Below are positions 10,165 through 21,769 of a stretch of DNA of 64,000 nucleotides, one piece after another. The stretch lies in IMG/VR virus record IMGVR_UViG_3300020048_000034. One strand, written 5' to 3'. Origin of the DNA: an uncultured virus (IMG/VR IMGVR_UViG_3300020048_000034). Taxonomy: Duplodnaviria > Heunggongvirae > Uroviricota > Caudoviricetes. Position 1 is the stretch's first letter. Each line of letters opens with the position of its first letter. A program made the position numbers and the translations under genes. The notes below the pieces were generated by a model. It saw only the letters and a program-made list of their open reading frames with translations, searched no databases and was not told the origin of the DNA.

Positions 10165-11114
10165 ATGACTGTTGATGAAGCATTAAAAACAATAGGTGGA
10201 GTAGTAATAAGTACTGAAGCAATAGAGTTTCTAAATCTACATTCTAAATTGGAGAGATGTATTATTAATATTTGTCAAAAAGAATCTATTGAAACAATAC
10301 AAGAAGCTATTACTTTGAAAGAGGAACTTTCTTTGTTTGAAGTGAAAAAAGGAGCACAATAAAAACTGATATAAAAATTTTAAACTTTTTCGATTTGACA
10401 AATTTTAAAATTTATGTTATACTTTTTAAAAATCAGAAAATCGAAACTTTAAGAAAGGAAAATTATGAAAAAATTAGACAATTTATTTGAAGCTTTGAAT
10501 CAAACTGAAGTGAGTGAAACAGATGAAGTTCTAAAGTCTTTGATTGCATTTCAAAAGATAATTAATTCTAAAGTTACAAATTCTACTCCTGATTCAATTA
10601 AATTAGAAACAATACAAACATTGGCTTCTTTAGCTCAAAAAAGAATGGAAGGATTAAATGCCTGGCAAATAAGCAATTTAAAAAAGGATCTTATCAAACT
10701 GTTTATAATGATCATTGAAATATCTAAAGTAGATTTTGAGAATAGAACTAAGGAGGAATTAATTAACTCATTATCAATTAAATGTTAAAGGAGGTATCTA
10801 TGCCTAAAAGGTCACGACCAATTAAAAGAATCTGTAAAGAAGAGGAGGAAAAAGAGATATTGGTCCATGGGTCGAAACCCTTATGGATTATAGACAAAAA
10901 TAGAAGAGAAATAAAAATGACTGTAAAGGAAGCATTCAAAGCAATAGGTGGAATGGTCATTAGTAAAGAAGCAGCAGAGTTTTTAGATTTACATGATAAA
11001 CTAGAACTGTGTGTATTTGATATTTGTCAAAATAAATCTAGTGAAAAAATACAGGAAGCAATCATTCTGAAAGAAAAACTTTCTTTGTTTGAAGTGAAGA
11101 AAGGAGCAAAATAA
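10165..11114 (+). CDS. three hypothetical ORFs; 10165..10362 and the 10917-11114 segment are recent paralogs
   Basis: MTV.EA.K.IGG.VIS.EA.EFL.LH.KLE...LSLFEVKKGA shared. Confidence 0.7.
10395..10423 (+). promoter_or_regulatory. sigma70-type early promoter
   Basis: TTGACA-N17-TATACT with TG extension. Confidence 0.8.
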
Positions 11115-11190
11115 AAAATGTAAAAATTTTAAACTCTTTAATTTGACAAATTTTAAAAATCGAAACTTCTTAAAAAAAAAGGAAAAAGCT

Positions 11191-11616
11191 ATGAAAAAGT
11201 TATTAGTTGCTCTTTTGTTGTGTTTATCGTTTTCTTGCTACGCTGATGAAATTGATGAGATGAAAACTGATTTAACTTTTGCTAAACAGAGGGCTATATT
11301 TTACAAACAACTGAATGAAAATGAACCATCGGATTATCATGCTTTGTTAGCCAATACCATGCTAGAGGTGTATGGATTATTAAAGAAAGTGTATGAAGCA
11401 AATATTACAAAAAATACTCTTCCTTTAAAGACCGTTGAAAAAGATTTTGAAAATTCTAAAAAGGAACATATAAAAGCTATTGCAAAAGCATGTAATGTAA
11501 AGAAATTATGTGTTGATACGTTTGGAGATGGAAGTATTGAGGAAGCTGAACGGGAAATGGAGGTTATTGGCTCTAAAGTGTATAGACTGGCGACTATTCT
11601 TCAATCTAAGAAATAG
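11191..11616 (+). CDS. exported hypothetical protein
   Basis: Signal peptide MKKLLVALLLCLSFSCYA-DE; RBS before ATG 11191. Confidence 0.65.
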   Translation: MKKLLVALLLCLSFSCYADEIDEMKTDLTFAKQRAIFYKQLNENEPSDYHALLANTMLEVYGLLKKVYEANITKNTLPLKTVEKDFENSKKEHIKAIAKACNVKKLCVDTFGDGSIEEAEREMEVIGSKVYRLATILQSKK

Positions 11617-11625
11617 GAGACAATA

Positions 11626-14597
11626 ATGAAAAGAATAAAAGACATCATAATGGATCAATATAATATATCAGAAGCAGAGGCTGATGATAAGATTGAGGAA
11701 GCAAGAGATGATCTCTTGATAAGGATAGAGAATGATGATCCAAGTGCTTATGACCTCTGTAATGAGTATTTTGGATTAGAACCAGATTATTTAGAACAGC
11801 TACTATAAGAAAGGAAGATAATGAAATTAATTCAGTTAGCCAAAGAGATAGAAAAGCCCAAACTAAAACCAAAATTCGTTTTAGAAAGAAAGATCAAAGT
11901 TTTAGAAGAACTTTGGGAAAAAGGAACTAATAGTGAATTTATTGATAGATTCCCACATATCAGTCATTGTTCCATGACTCAAGATGAGTGGGAAGAGTGG
12001 GGATGCCCACACACATGGAAACTTGTTGAAGAATCTGGGGATTTATCTTTGTTAATTGATACATCCTACTGGATGATGGTTTTATTTCAGAAAGATGAAG
12101 TCCTTGGTCATGGTGATCATGAAATTACCTCTAATGTAGCAGTTGTATTTGATAAAGAAGAGTACAAATTACCTAAATATATTTGGACATAATAATTTAA
12201 AGAGTGAAACATAGTAAACCTTTAAAATGATAAGGAGCTATCTAATGTTTGCATCAGAAAAAGAAGAACTTATGGTAAAGACTTTAACACCTGGATTGTA
12301 TGAAAAATGTATTGAGGATAATCCATGTTGGAACCCTGCTAGAACAGGGGATATATATGAAATGATGGTATTCCATTGTTTCAAAACGAACATGCAGGGA
12401 AAGTTAGTTGAATCTCTTAGGAACATAGTTAATGGTTTTAATAATGGTCTAGCTCGTGGTTCAAAAGAGTTTGATGACTTAATTGTTTTTTAGTATAAGA
12501 ACCCCCTTTTATAGAAATTTTTTTTAGTAAAAGAGCCCCTTTTATAGAAAGTATCCTATGAGAGGGGTTTTTCAATTTCTTTCAGAAAATCGACTTGACA
12601 AATTTTTAAAATTATGTTATACTATTTCAAAAAGGAAAAATATGAAAAAGCACGAAAAATTGAATCATTTAGAAAGTATGTTATTTCGTATTAGATCGAA
12701 ATTAAATACTTTTTCTGATCAAAGATTAAAGGAGTTATTGTTACAGCATAAAGCATGGTTTGACTCAAGCAATGAATTTGAAAAAGAGTATGATACCATT
12801 TTTAATTCTAGAAAAAATACAATTATTAATTTTATAATGGAAAGCGATCCAATATTAACAGATAATGGGTTAGTAGCATTTATTAATTCTAACATCTAAG
12901 GAGAATAATTAATGGAGAACATTGTTCAATTTTTATTTGATGATAACTTACCACAGGATGAATTTTCTAATCATTTGAAAAGTATGCTTCATGCTGGCAT
13001 GGAAGTATTGAAGGATGCTGAAACATCAGGTCAGAATGTACCAAGTACTAAGTTTAGAATGATTATGGAAGTAATGGAGTTCAGTAGTAATAAGTTAAAG
13101 AACCTGTTATCTAATGAATTGCAGGTTGAGGAGTGGGAAAAGAAGCCGAAACTATTCAATGAATTATTTCACATAGTTGGTGCATTAGATGTTACACTTT
13201 ACTTAATGGAGAATTACAAACAGGAGTTATTTGTACCTGAAGTACCCACAACCCTTCAATAGAGGAGATAGAAATGACTGAGAACATCTTTTTTCAAACA
13301 ATGGAAGAAAAGGAAGAATATGAAAAAGAACACTTTGGTACTGATCGTGACGAAAAGTATCAAAAATGGATGGAAAATGGTTCCCCTGAACTTTGCGTTT
13401 TGAAATATAAGGATCAAAAGTTTGAAGTATATTGTGGGTACGGACAGGGTAGTGTCCTTGCTAAGTACAACGAGGAAATATATAAAGGGAAAAATATTAT
13501 CATTCATGAAAATTGGACAATATTCGGGGATTACTACGGAGAGGAAGTTTCGTTTGTCCCTTTTGTAAGAATTACTAAAGTTAACCAATTATAGAAAGGA
13601 GAAATTTTAATGGATAAGCTAGAAAAAGAACTTATTGAGAAAAACACCGAATTGGCTCTTGATTTGGATATGATTAAGGACATTGTTTATTCTCATTTAG
13701 ATCAGTTGAAAGACTATAATACCAAAATAGTCGAGTCTCTTAAAGGAATTATTCCCAGAGTACAAGAACTTCTCGGAGAAGCATATAAAAAGTCAGGATA
13801 TGATGTTAGTATCAGATCAGATATTGCTGAAGTAATAGGAATGGTAGATGTAATTAGTGCCGTAATCAACAATGATAAGAAACTAATTAAGAAATTAGAG
13901 GAGGAAGTAAAAGAGGAAAAACCAAAAAGAAAAAGACTCAAGATTGTAAAATAAAAAACATAAATTCCTTCCTAAGAATTTTTTAGGAAGGAATTTAGGA
14001 AATCGACTTATTTACTAATAGGAGGAAATAATTATGAAAATACTTAGTTCTTCAATATTAAACGAAGATTTTGATGCTATAACCTATAACATGATTGTAT
14101 CATTGAAACCCGAAGAAAGAAAAGACCCAAAACAAGCAATTGAAAATCATTTCTTCAGACAGTGTTCTTGTAGTTACGACTGTTGTGGTTGTTTTAGCTG
14201 GACACCTTGGACTCACACTGTTAAAAGATTGAAAAGAAGAGAGTATAGTTTTAAATACTACAAAGCTAGAAATATCTAATGGGAGGAAACTATGGAATTA
14301 GAAGCATGGGAACAATCATTGGAAAAAGTCAATGATATTTTTAATATCATTTGTAAATCTCCACTTTTGGATCAAGGCATTGTGATGATTAAATCATGGG
14401 ATGTCGGAAATGTATTTTATAATTTCCCTACTTCCCTTTCCGAGAAAGAATGGGACATTCTAATCAAGATGTCAAATGAGAAAATTAAAATTATAAAATT
14501 AGATACAAATGTTTGTATTTTGAATATTTTTCTTTTTAAAGAAAAGTCAGAACGAAAGACGTTTAATAATGTAGAACTAAATATTGTAAATTATTAG
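11626..14597 (+). CDS. run of small hypothetical early ORFs (11626, 11821, 12227, 12642, 12912, 13274, 13610, 14034, 14292)
   Basis: Tightly packed with AGGAG-type RBSs; 14034..14279 has a CSCSYDCCGC cluster. Confidence 0.6.
12595..12623 (+). promoter_or_regulatory. sigma70-type early promoter abutting the CAGAAAATCGAC motif
   Basis: CAGAAAATCGAC (12583-12594) then TTGACA-N17-TATACT. Confidence 0.8.
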
Positions 14598-14659
14598 TGA
14601 GGGAATTATGATTGAAATACTATATTTATTAATCCAACTTTTTCGATAAAGGAGTTATT

Positions 14660-15175
14660 ATGCCTGGAATTCTTCCTAGAATAGCTAATCATCTTAAACA
14701 AAGTATTGAATCACTTCATGCTCTAAGAGATGATATGGAACAGATTAAAGCTGATATTAATCCACTTCTTTTTTCAGAAGTCGAATATTTATTAAATCGT
14801 TTAAATATGCCACAAATACTTTGGGCTGAACATGATGAAGAAGAGTCTGAACGTGAGAGTATTTATAAGTACGCATTAGAGCAAGCTAAATTTAATCAGC
14901 TAAAAATCAAGGAGGATTACATGCAGTACAATGTGAACGATCAAGTATTGTTGAAGGATGTTGGAAGTAACAAGATTTATGCAGTGGACATTGATTATAT
15001 CTCTAGAAAAGGAGAAGTTAGAGTGTGTGTTGTAAGGGATGAAAGATGTTTCACACTTAATACTCATCTTCATAAAATACTTGGTCATATCGCAGATGAT
15101 AAATTAGGTTTTGAGGATTTTATACCTGAGGAGGAAATTGATAATTACCTTCAAAAGGATGAAGCACTAGTTTGA
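14660..15175 (+). CDS. hypothetical N-terminal part plus C-terminal Tudor/SH3-like repeat-family domain
   Basis: Internal AAGGAGG RBS plus ATG 14921: YNVNDQVLL...ILG.....FIPEEEIDNYL. Confidence 0.6.
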   Translation: MPGILPRIANHLKQSIESLHALRDDMEQIKADINPLLFSEVEYLLNRLNMPQILWAEHDEEESERESIYKYALEQAKFNQLKIKEDYMQYNVNDQVLLKDVGSNKIYAVDIDYISRKGEVRVCVVRDERCFTLNTHLHKILGHIADDKLGFEDFIPEEEIDNYLQKDEALV

Positions 15176-15210
15176 AGAAAGAGAGCGATTTTTCATTTCG
15201 ATTTTCTGAT

Positions 15211-15239
15211 TTGACAAATTTTAAAAAATATGGTATAAT
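15211..15239 (+). promoter_or_regulatory. sigma70-type early promoter
   Basis: TTGACA-N17-TATAAT; reversed motif variant at 15196-15208. Confidence 0.85.
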
Positions 15240-15565
15240 ATTTTAAAACTAAAAAAAAGGAAAATTGAAATGTTGGAACAAAGTATTCATTCGTATTAAG
15301 GAATAGGATTGCAAATGATTTATTTTTCTTATTCCCAGATAACAAATGGATGCCATTAAATTCATATTATGAACGAAATGAAGTATATGAAGGAAAGGAG
15401 GTTCTAATCAAAGAGATGAAGTATATGAAAAATGATATTATTATTCATATACATATCATCGTTCGTAAAGAAGAGATGATTGTTTCTATTCAAAAACCAG
15501 AGAGAGTTAATCCGTGGGAATTAATTAATCCATACATTAAACAAATTCAAAAAGGAGACAGAAAT

Positions 15566-16249
15566 ATGAGTTACAAAGTAGATGATAGAGTTGTTGTGAA
15601 TATGGGATCGAAAAAGAAACCTCATTACTTTTTGGCGGATGTTATCAAAGTCAAAGGTGATAAGGTAAAGATTGAATTCGATAATGACGATAAAGATCCT
15701 GAAATTATCGAAGAAGATTTTGTTATTGGGTATGGTATTAAAAAGAGATTCAAAAAGGAAATCAATCCTGAATTTTTGGATGACTACCTTGAAGAGGAAG
15801 AAGTAAAGCCTGCTAAGAAGAAAAAATCCTCTGATGACGAAGAAGAGGAAGTGAAACCAAAGAAGAAAAAAGTAGATGATGATGAAGAGGAAGAAGTGAA
15901 ACCAAAGAAGAAAAAAGTAGATGATGATGAAGAGGAAGAAGTAAAGCCTACAAAGAAACCCCCAATAGAGGGTAATATGGAGAGCGCACTTTGTGCGGCA
16001 CTCGAAGAGATTCAGAATATTCTTGATAAAGACCTGTCAAAGATGGTTGAGAAAATGGGTCTTATTTCTGAGTTGTTGACTGAACTCTTACCTAAGAAAA
16101 AATCTGACTCAACGAAAAAGGCTTCAAAGGAAGTAGAAGAAGTTGAGGATGATACAGAAGAAGAGGAGGAAGTTAAACCTTCCAAAAAGTCTAAACCTGT
16201 TGATGAAGATGAAATTGAGGAAGATGACAACTGGTTAGATGAAGATTAG
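15566..16249 (+). CDS. Tudor/SH3-like domain protein with EEEEVKPKKKKVDDD repeats and acidic tail
   Basis: AAGGAG RBS before ATG 15566 (in frame within ORF 15350..16249); ends DDNWLDED. Confidence 0.75.
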   Translation: MSYKVDDRVVVNMGSKKKPHYFLADVIKVKGDKVKIEFDNDDKDPEIIEEDFVIGYGIKKRFKKEINPEFLDDYLEEEEVKPAKKKKSSDDEEEEVKPKKKKVDDDEEEEVKPKKKKVDDDEEEEVKPTKKPPIEGNMESALCAALEEIQNILDKDLSKMVEKMGLISELLTELLPKKKSDSTKKASKEVEEVEDDTEEEEEVKPSKKSKPVDEDEIEEDDNWLDED

Positions 16250-16273
16250 AAGATTAATTTTTTAAAATAAATA

Positions 16274-16310
16274 AAGCGGCTTAAGAAAACTCTTGAGCCG
16301 CTATTTTTTT
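16274..16310 (+). terminator. intrinsic terminator
   Basis: AGCGGCTTAAG-loop-CTTGAGCCGCT followed by a T-run. Confidence 0.75.
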
Positions 16311-16341
16311 ATCAAATTTAAAATTAAAAAGGAGATATAAA

Positions 16342-16770
16342 ATGAGATACATTGCTATTATTCTTTGTTGTTTAGTTATGGCTAGTTGTGGAACGAAATT
16401 ATCCTGCGACTCAAAAGAAGTAAAAGAACTGGTAATAGAAGTACATGAGAATCTCATTAAGAGCTTATTCTTAACAGAGGTTTTGTATAAAGGGAGTAAT
16501 GTTAAAGTACTAGAACCTGCAATAAGTTTTGCAAGTTCGGCTAAAGTATATTCCATGAATAAGGATCCTAAAATTCTTGAACAATTAACAGAAGCAGAGG
16601 ACATGTATATCCCATCTAATATATCAATAGAGAACATCATACAAAATGCTGATAAACAGCATTGTAATTGTAAAGCATCCTTAATTCTAAAATCAATGAA
16701 TCTTTCATATCCAATCAATTACAAAGTAGAAAAAACAACGGATGGAAAATTGGTGGTTACTGGTTTATAA
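16342..16770 (+). CDS. lipoprotein
   Basis: Hydrophobic leader with lipobox-like VMASC. Confidence 0.65.
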   Translation: MRYIAIILCCLVMASCGTKLSCDSKEVKELVIEVHENLIKSLFLTEVLYKGSNVKVLEPAISFASSAKVYSMNKDPKILEQLTEAEDMYIPSNISIENIIQNADKQHCNCKASLILKSMNLSYPINYKVEKTTDGKLVVTGL

Positions 16771-16784
16771 GTCGATTTCCTGAT

Positions 16785-16813
16785 TTGACAAATTTCAAAA
16801 TTCATGTTATACT
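16785..16813 (+). promoter_or_regulatory. sigma70-type early promoter
   Basis: TTGACA-N17-TATACT; reverse-orientation motif GTCGATTTCCTG at 16771-16782. Confidence 0.8.
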
Positions 16814-16856
16814 TAGCCATGATTAGAAAGTAACCAACAAAAAAGGAGAGTGTATT

Positions 16857-18327
16857 ATGCTTAATGAATCAGTTGTGATCCCATCGTCTTACTTTTTAAA
16901 AATGGCTATTATAGATTATTCTAACTGGCAGATCGCATTAGTTAGAGAATTTCTTCAGAACTCAATTGATGCAGGATCAACTGTCATTGATATGACTTTT
17001 TCTGAGGAAAAATTTACTGTTATTGATAATGGATGTGGAATGAATTCGTAATTCATTATTAACACTGGGCGGAAGTGCAAAGTCTGAGAACTCAATTGGT
17101 GGGCTAGGAAAAGCTAAAGAGATTCTTTACTTTTCCTGGCCAACATGGGAGATTCACAGTCATGATATTTTAGTTAAAGGCAGTGGGTCTCAATTCTCTT
17201 TGCAGAATAATGCTCCATTTTTAGATGGTACTTGTTCAGTGATTACATTACCAAAAGATATTGTTACAGAAAGAGAGATCGAAAATGCTGTAAAAGCATT
17301 GTGTGTAAGATCTCTTTTGAAAGTAACTGTAACTTATAATGGTATGACAATGAATGATAATAATGGAGTTGAATTAGGTACGCCTGTAGGGGATATAAAA
17401 GATTTAGGAAAGCTGTATGTAAATGTTGGAACTTCATTATATTGTGAAGTAGTTATTCAATCAAGAGGATTATATATGTTTTCACGACACACCTCCTCTA
17501 AATTCAGTTACATTTTCAATATAGAGGTTCCTTCTTATGATTCACTAACTTCGAATAGAGATGGATTTATTCGTCAATACAGAGATCAATTCGATCAATT
17601 AATTACTAGGTTGACTTTAAATCCATCTAATATGGATTATATTCAAAAGATAGTTATCCCAATTGTAGATAGAGAAAAATCCATAATGATGGATGATAAA
17701 TATAGAATGGCTATCTGTAATAATAGAGGGATACCAAAAGAGTTAATGAATAATAACTCTTTATACGAGTTTTCCTGGGTTACAAAGAAGTTAGTGGGGT
17801 TTGAGTTTACAACAGAACCTAAAGTTATTCAATTAAGGGGTACTAGGATAAAAGAATTTTATATTCAATATTCTAGAATGTTTTCTAGAGGGTTTATGGT
17901 TTTAACTGATAAAGTTGAGACCGAATTGTTTTTGAATTTACTTAATCCTGAAATGATTGCCTTGTCTAAACTATGGCAGAAAATCGTCAATACGGTTTTT
18001 TCATTACAGAATCCAGGTAGTAATTATTACCCAGATGGAACTGGATTTGTTTTGATAAAAGATTCTGCCGCTTATAACTACAATCATTGGATTTGTATTA
18101 ATCCACTTCATTTAATTACTAAGTCAATAGAGGAAATAATTGCTTCAATGTATATCTCAGCAGTCCATGAGTTGATACACAATGAAGCACGAGATCATGA
18201 TCAAGACTTTATTGGAAAGGAAGAAGACCTAATGATTAAGGTTTTAAAAACCAAAATAGATGTCTCTGGTGAAAAGACCTTTTTCAATAAGTTTTTCAAA
18301 AAAGCTAAAAACCTTTCTTATGAGTAG
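16857..18327 (+). pseudogene. GHKL (HATPase_c) ATPase with C-terminal HEXXH motif, frameshifted at ~17045
   Basis: REFLQNSIDA and DNGCGM boxes end at TAA 17051; another frame continues IRNSLLTLGGSAK...GGLGKAK into ORF 17200..18327, which has HELIH...H...F. Confidence 0.75.
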
Positions 18328-18341
18328 AAGGGAGAGAATGA

Positions 18342-20063
18342 ATGAGTAGAACTAAAGAGTGGTTGTCAATGGTTGGAATGGGAAACATTGATGAAGTATG
18401 TAAACAATATTTGGATGCAGTTGAAGAAAATACAAAAGGAGGAAGAAAAATGGATCTTAACACGTGTTGCAAACTGGTAGAAGAGATTAAATCCCATTAC
18501 ATGTATGATAAAGGGGTTTTAAGAGTTGATGCTGAAAACTTTGGTAAAGCTTTTGGGTTTAATGGATTAACTCTTTCTTTTGGGGACTTTGACAAGTTAG
18601 TAAAAACTGCCAGAGATTATGGAGTATTCATTAACCGATATAAGAACTCAATTGTTATCTGTGATATCCAACGAGTCCTTGACTTCTTTAATCTTTTCGA
18701 AAGTTGTGATCCCATGCTTGATGTTATTTATTACCGAATGGAGGATGTACGGTTTAAATCACAATATCATCAGCCATACGATGATACGGAAGAGGATGAC
18801 GACGATGATGACGACGATGAGGGTGAGGAAATTGAAGACGAGGATCACATGTCACCTGAAAAAATGATTAATAAGATGGAGGGTGAAGAATACCATTACG
18901 GAAATAGGTAGTACAAATAAGATCATTTAATCTTAAAACAATTAAATGATCTTCCTGGTAGTGACTATTTCCATTAACAATCAAACAATAAAGGAGCAGT
19001 AAATGTTCAAAAAATGGCTATTTGATTTGGTTGGGATTAATAGATGGGATAAATGCTATCTTAACAAAGAGACCATGAGATTGGTTTATAAGTTGAGGAG
19101 AGGATTTAAACCTATCAGAAAAGTTAACTTTTAATTTACTTGGGAGGAATACTATGGTTATTGTAGCTACTGCAACAATGGATAAAGAAACGAAGAATAC
19201 ATATCGTTACATTATTGACAAGAACAAAAAAGGTATTTCTGGATCTATTTATATAGATAAAGAAACACTTGAAGAAAAAGTCAAGAAAATCGACGTGAAG
19301 GTGAAAATAGAATTGGAGGAATAATATGTTTGCAACCTCCCTATTTGCTATAAGAAAAGCCTTGTCCGCATATAAAAAGACTGTAAAATTTTTAAACATG
19401 AAACAGGAGGTATTATTCTTTAAAAAAGATATTGATCTCAAAGAAATAAAAGGATATTATCTTTCTACCCAAAAATTAAATAAGGAACTTAAAAAAAGAA
19501 ATTTAAAAGAAATACAAGCGTTGCAAAATCAGTTATTGGGAACATGTGTATTTTCCAGTTTAAAAGGATCAAAAACGTATTTTAGTAAATATAAAGCAAT
19601 GAAAATAAAAAACTTTGCTTTTTATACTATGGATGATTGTAATGTTCCATTCATAGAGATCCCTTTAGATCAAGATACGAAAATGTTTATTTTAGAAAGA
19701 AAAAGACCTAAAAAATCTTCTGTATTTGAAGTAGTAAAAATGTTAGAACTCCTTCCAAAGAAGGAAGTTGAAAATTTAGATTATATCATTTTACCTGAGA
19801 TTAGATTTAAACACATTGAAAAAATTGAATGGGTAAATGGTGTTATGTGTGGATTAAAAGAGATCAATCATGTTTACTGTTATTCATCCTTAACCTTAAA
19901 AGCTAGAGATGATATTGCTTCCTTTCGAAGTAACTATCATTACACAGTTAAAACTCCTTTTTTCTTTTATATTAAGAAACGTCATATAAAAGATCCAATA
20001 CTTATAGGGTATATGAATCAAGACTCTTGGGCTGTAAATGAAAAAGGGAGTAAGTTTAAGTAA
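18342..20063 (+). CDS. hypothetical ORFs 18342..18911 (acidic tail), 19003..19134, 19154..19324, 19326..20063
   Basis: RBSs present; 19003 (43 aa) and 19154 (56 aa) read by hand, below the ORF-track cutoff. Confidence 0.6.
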
Positions 20064-20111
20064 GTCGATTTTCTAGGCATTTTCCGAAATTTGGGAAATG
20101 CCTTTTTTCGT

Positions 20112-20140
20112 TTGACAATTTTAAAAAATTATGTTACAAT
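20112..20140 (+). promoter_or_regulatory. sigma70-type early promoter
   Basis: TTGACA-N17-TACAAT downstream of a terminator hairpin. Confidence 0.75.
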
Positions 20141-20160
20141 AATAGAAAGGAGATAGTATT

Positions 20161-20657
20161 ATGCAATTAGAGGATTTTTATAACACATGGTATATAGAAA
20201 TGGATGATATGAATAAATCGGATGTTTCCTATATTTGTTTAGGTCATTTTTTAATTAAAGACCATGCTATTTCGACTGCAAAGGAAATATCGACTCTTCT
20301 TCCTACCAATACAGTTAAAGTTATAAAACAAAGTAGGATAAGAGTAATATATAAAAATGGTCAAGTAGTTTCGGAGTTTAATGAACAACCTTATTCAACA
20401 ATAATAGGGGATTGGTAATTTAAAGAGGAGGTATTATGCTTTCAGTTAATGTAAGGGTTGAAGGATCATTAAGAAGTAAAATTGCTAGAGCAATTGAGTG
20501 GATTCAATCTAATGACTGGATTGAAAATGTAACTTGTAATCACTGTAATTTAGGAAATATTTCATGGTTTTACTCTGCTAGGAAAAAAGGTCTAGTCTCT
20601 GTTAACTCTTTAGTATGTCCTAGCTGTAACAAACAGATAAATATCCAACTTAATTAA
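20161..20657 (+). CDS. two hypothetical ORFs (20161..20418; 20436..20657 with CxxC..CxxC)
   Basis: RBS plus ORF. Confidence 0.6.
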
Positions 20658-20669
20658 AGGGGAAACAAA

Positions 20670-21479
20670 ATGAGCAAAATTGAAAAAATTAAAGAAGAGT
20701 GTAGATATATTGGGAATAAAGAACTAAATTTTAATGGAAAAGACAATTTCATTCTTAAATTAGAGGAGATTGAGGAAGAAGCAGCAGCTCCAATTTTTTA
20801 TGATAGAATAAAAAAATGTGATCTTTGTTCTTATCAGCAAACAGACTTTTCTTTTGCTTTGCAGATAAAAGATAAAGATGTATCATGGAATGGAATACTA
20901 ATTCATTATATTAAAGATCATAGCTATAAACCTTCAAGTAAGTTTATAAAAGTAATTGAAGAGTATTACTATGATTATTTTCAAAGTGATACTGATGAAG
21001 ATTTTACTTCTGCTAAAACAGAATACAAGAATGAAGGGTTTTTTAATAGAAAAAATCTTCCAATATTAGGAGAATTTAAAGAGTCAAAAAGGTTTTTGAA
21101 AAATCTTGCAAATATAGAAATGGATGAAGGAACTGATCATAGTATGATAAAAGGATTTCATAAGTGTGTTTTTTGTGAAAAAAATATTAGTTCCATGACT
21201 ATGACTCATACTGTGGATTTAAAAAATAAATATATAAAGTGGAAGTGGATAAATAATTATGATCATTATATATTAGAACATCGAGTTATTCCTTCAAAAG
21301 AGTTTCAAGAGTTTGTTAATAACTTTAATAAGCACGATGAAAAATATGAAAAGCAGAGCTGTAGTTTAAAAATTATTAAAAATGTATTAAATAATGCTAA
21401 AGAGAATAAAATATTATCCTCTACTCAAGTACGACATATATTAACATCAATCATAGATGAAATAGAAGAGAGGGAGTAA
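20670..21479 (+). CDS. protein with two tandem CxxC...HY(I)xxH..PS..F putative Zn-binding domains
   Basis: CDLC...HYIKDHSYKPSSKF and CVFC...HYILEHRVIPSKEF. Confidence 0.65.
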   Translation: MSKIEKIKEECRYIGNKELNFNGKDNFILKLEEIEEEAAAPIFYDRIKKCDLCSYQQTDFSFALQIKDKDVSWNGILIHYIKDHSYKPSSKFIKVIEEYYYDYFQSDTDEDFTSAKTEYKNEGFFNRKNLPILGEFKESKRFLKNLANIEMDEGTDHSMIKGFHKCVFCEKNISSMTMTHTVDLKNKYIKWKWINNYDHYILEHRVIPSKEFQEFVNNFNKHDEKYEKQSCSLKIIKNVLNNAKENKILSSTQVRHILTSIIDEIEERE

Positions 21480-21481
21480 TT

Positions 21482-21748
21482 ATGGTATTGGATAATAACT
21501 ATTGGGATTGTGAGTGTGAAAAAGATTTCATTCATTCTAGATTTCAATCTCTTTGTACAAAGTGTGATACATACAGGGATGAGTCGCCTCCATCTAGAGT
21601 TGATGAAATTCTGGAATTATATTTTGTCCCTGGAAAGGAAGTTACTTTTCACGGCAAACAAGGTAAAGTTATATCATCTAATGTTGAAAAACGAATTCTA
21701 AAAATTAACTTTGGTTCCTCAATTGAGGAAATACAATTTGAACAGTAA
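21482..21748 (+). CDS. hypothetical protein, Cys cluster plus SH3-like C-terminus
   Basis: WDCEC...C..C; FVPGKEV.F.GK.GKV. Confidence 0.55.
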   Translation: MVLDNNYWDCECEKDFIHSRFQSLCTKCDTYRDESPPSRVDEILELYFVPGKEVTFHGKQGKVISSNVEKRILKINFGSSIEEIQFEQ

Positions 21749-21769
21749 TTTATAAAAGGAGGGTGTTTC

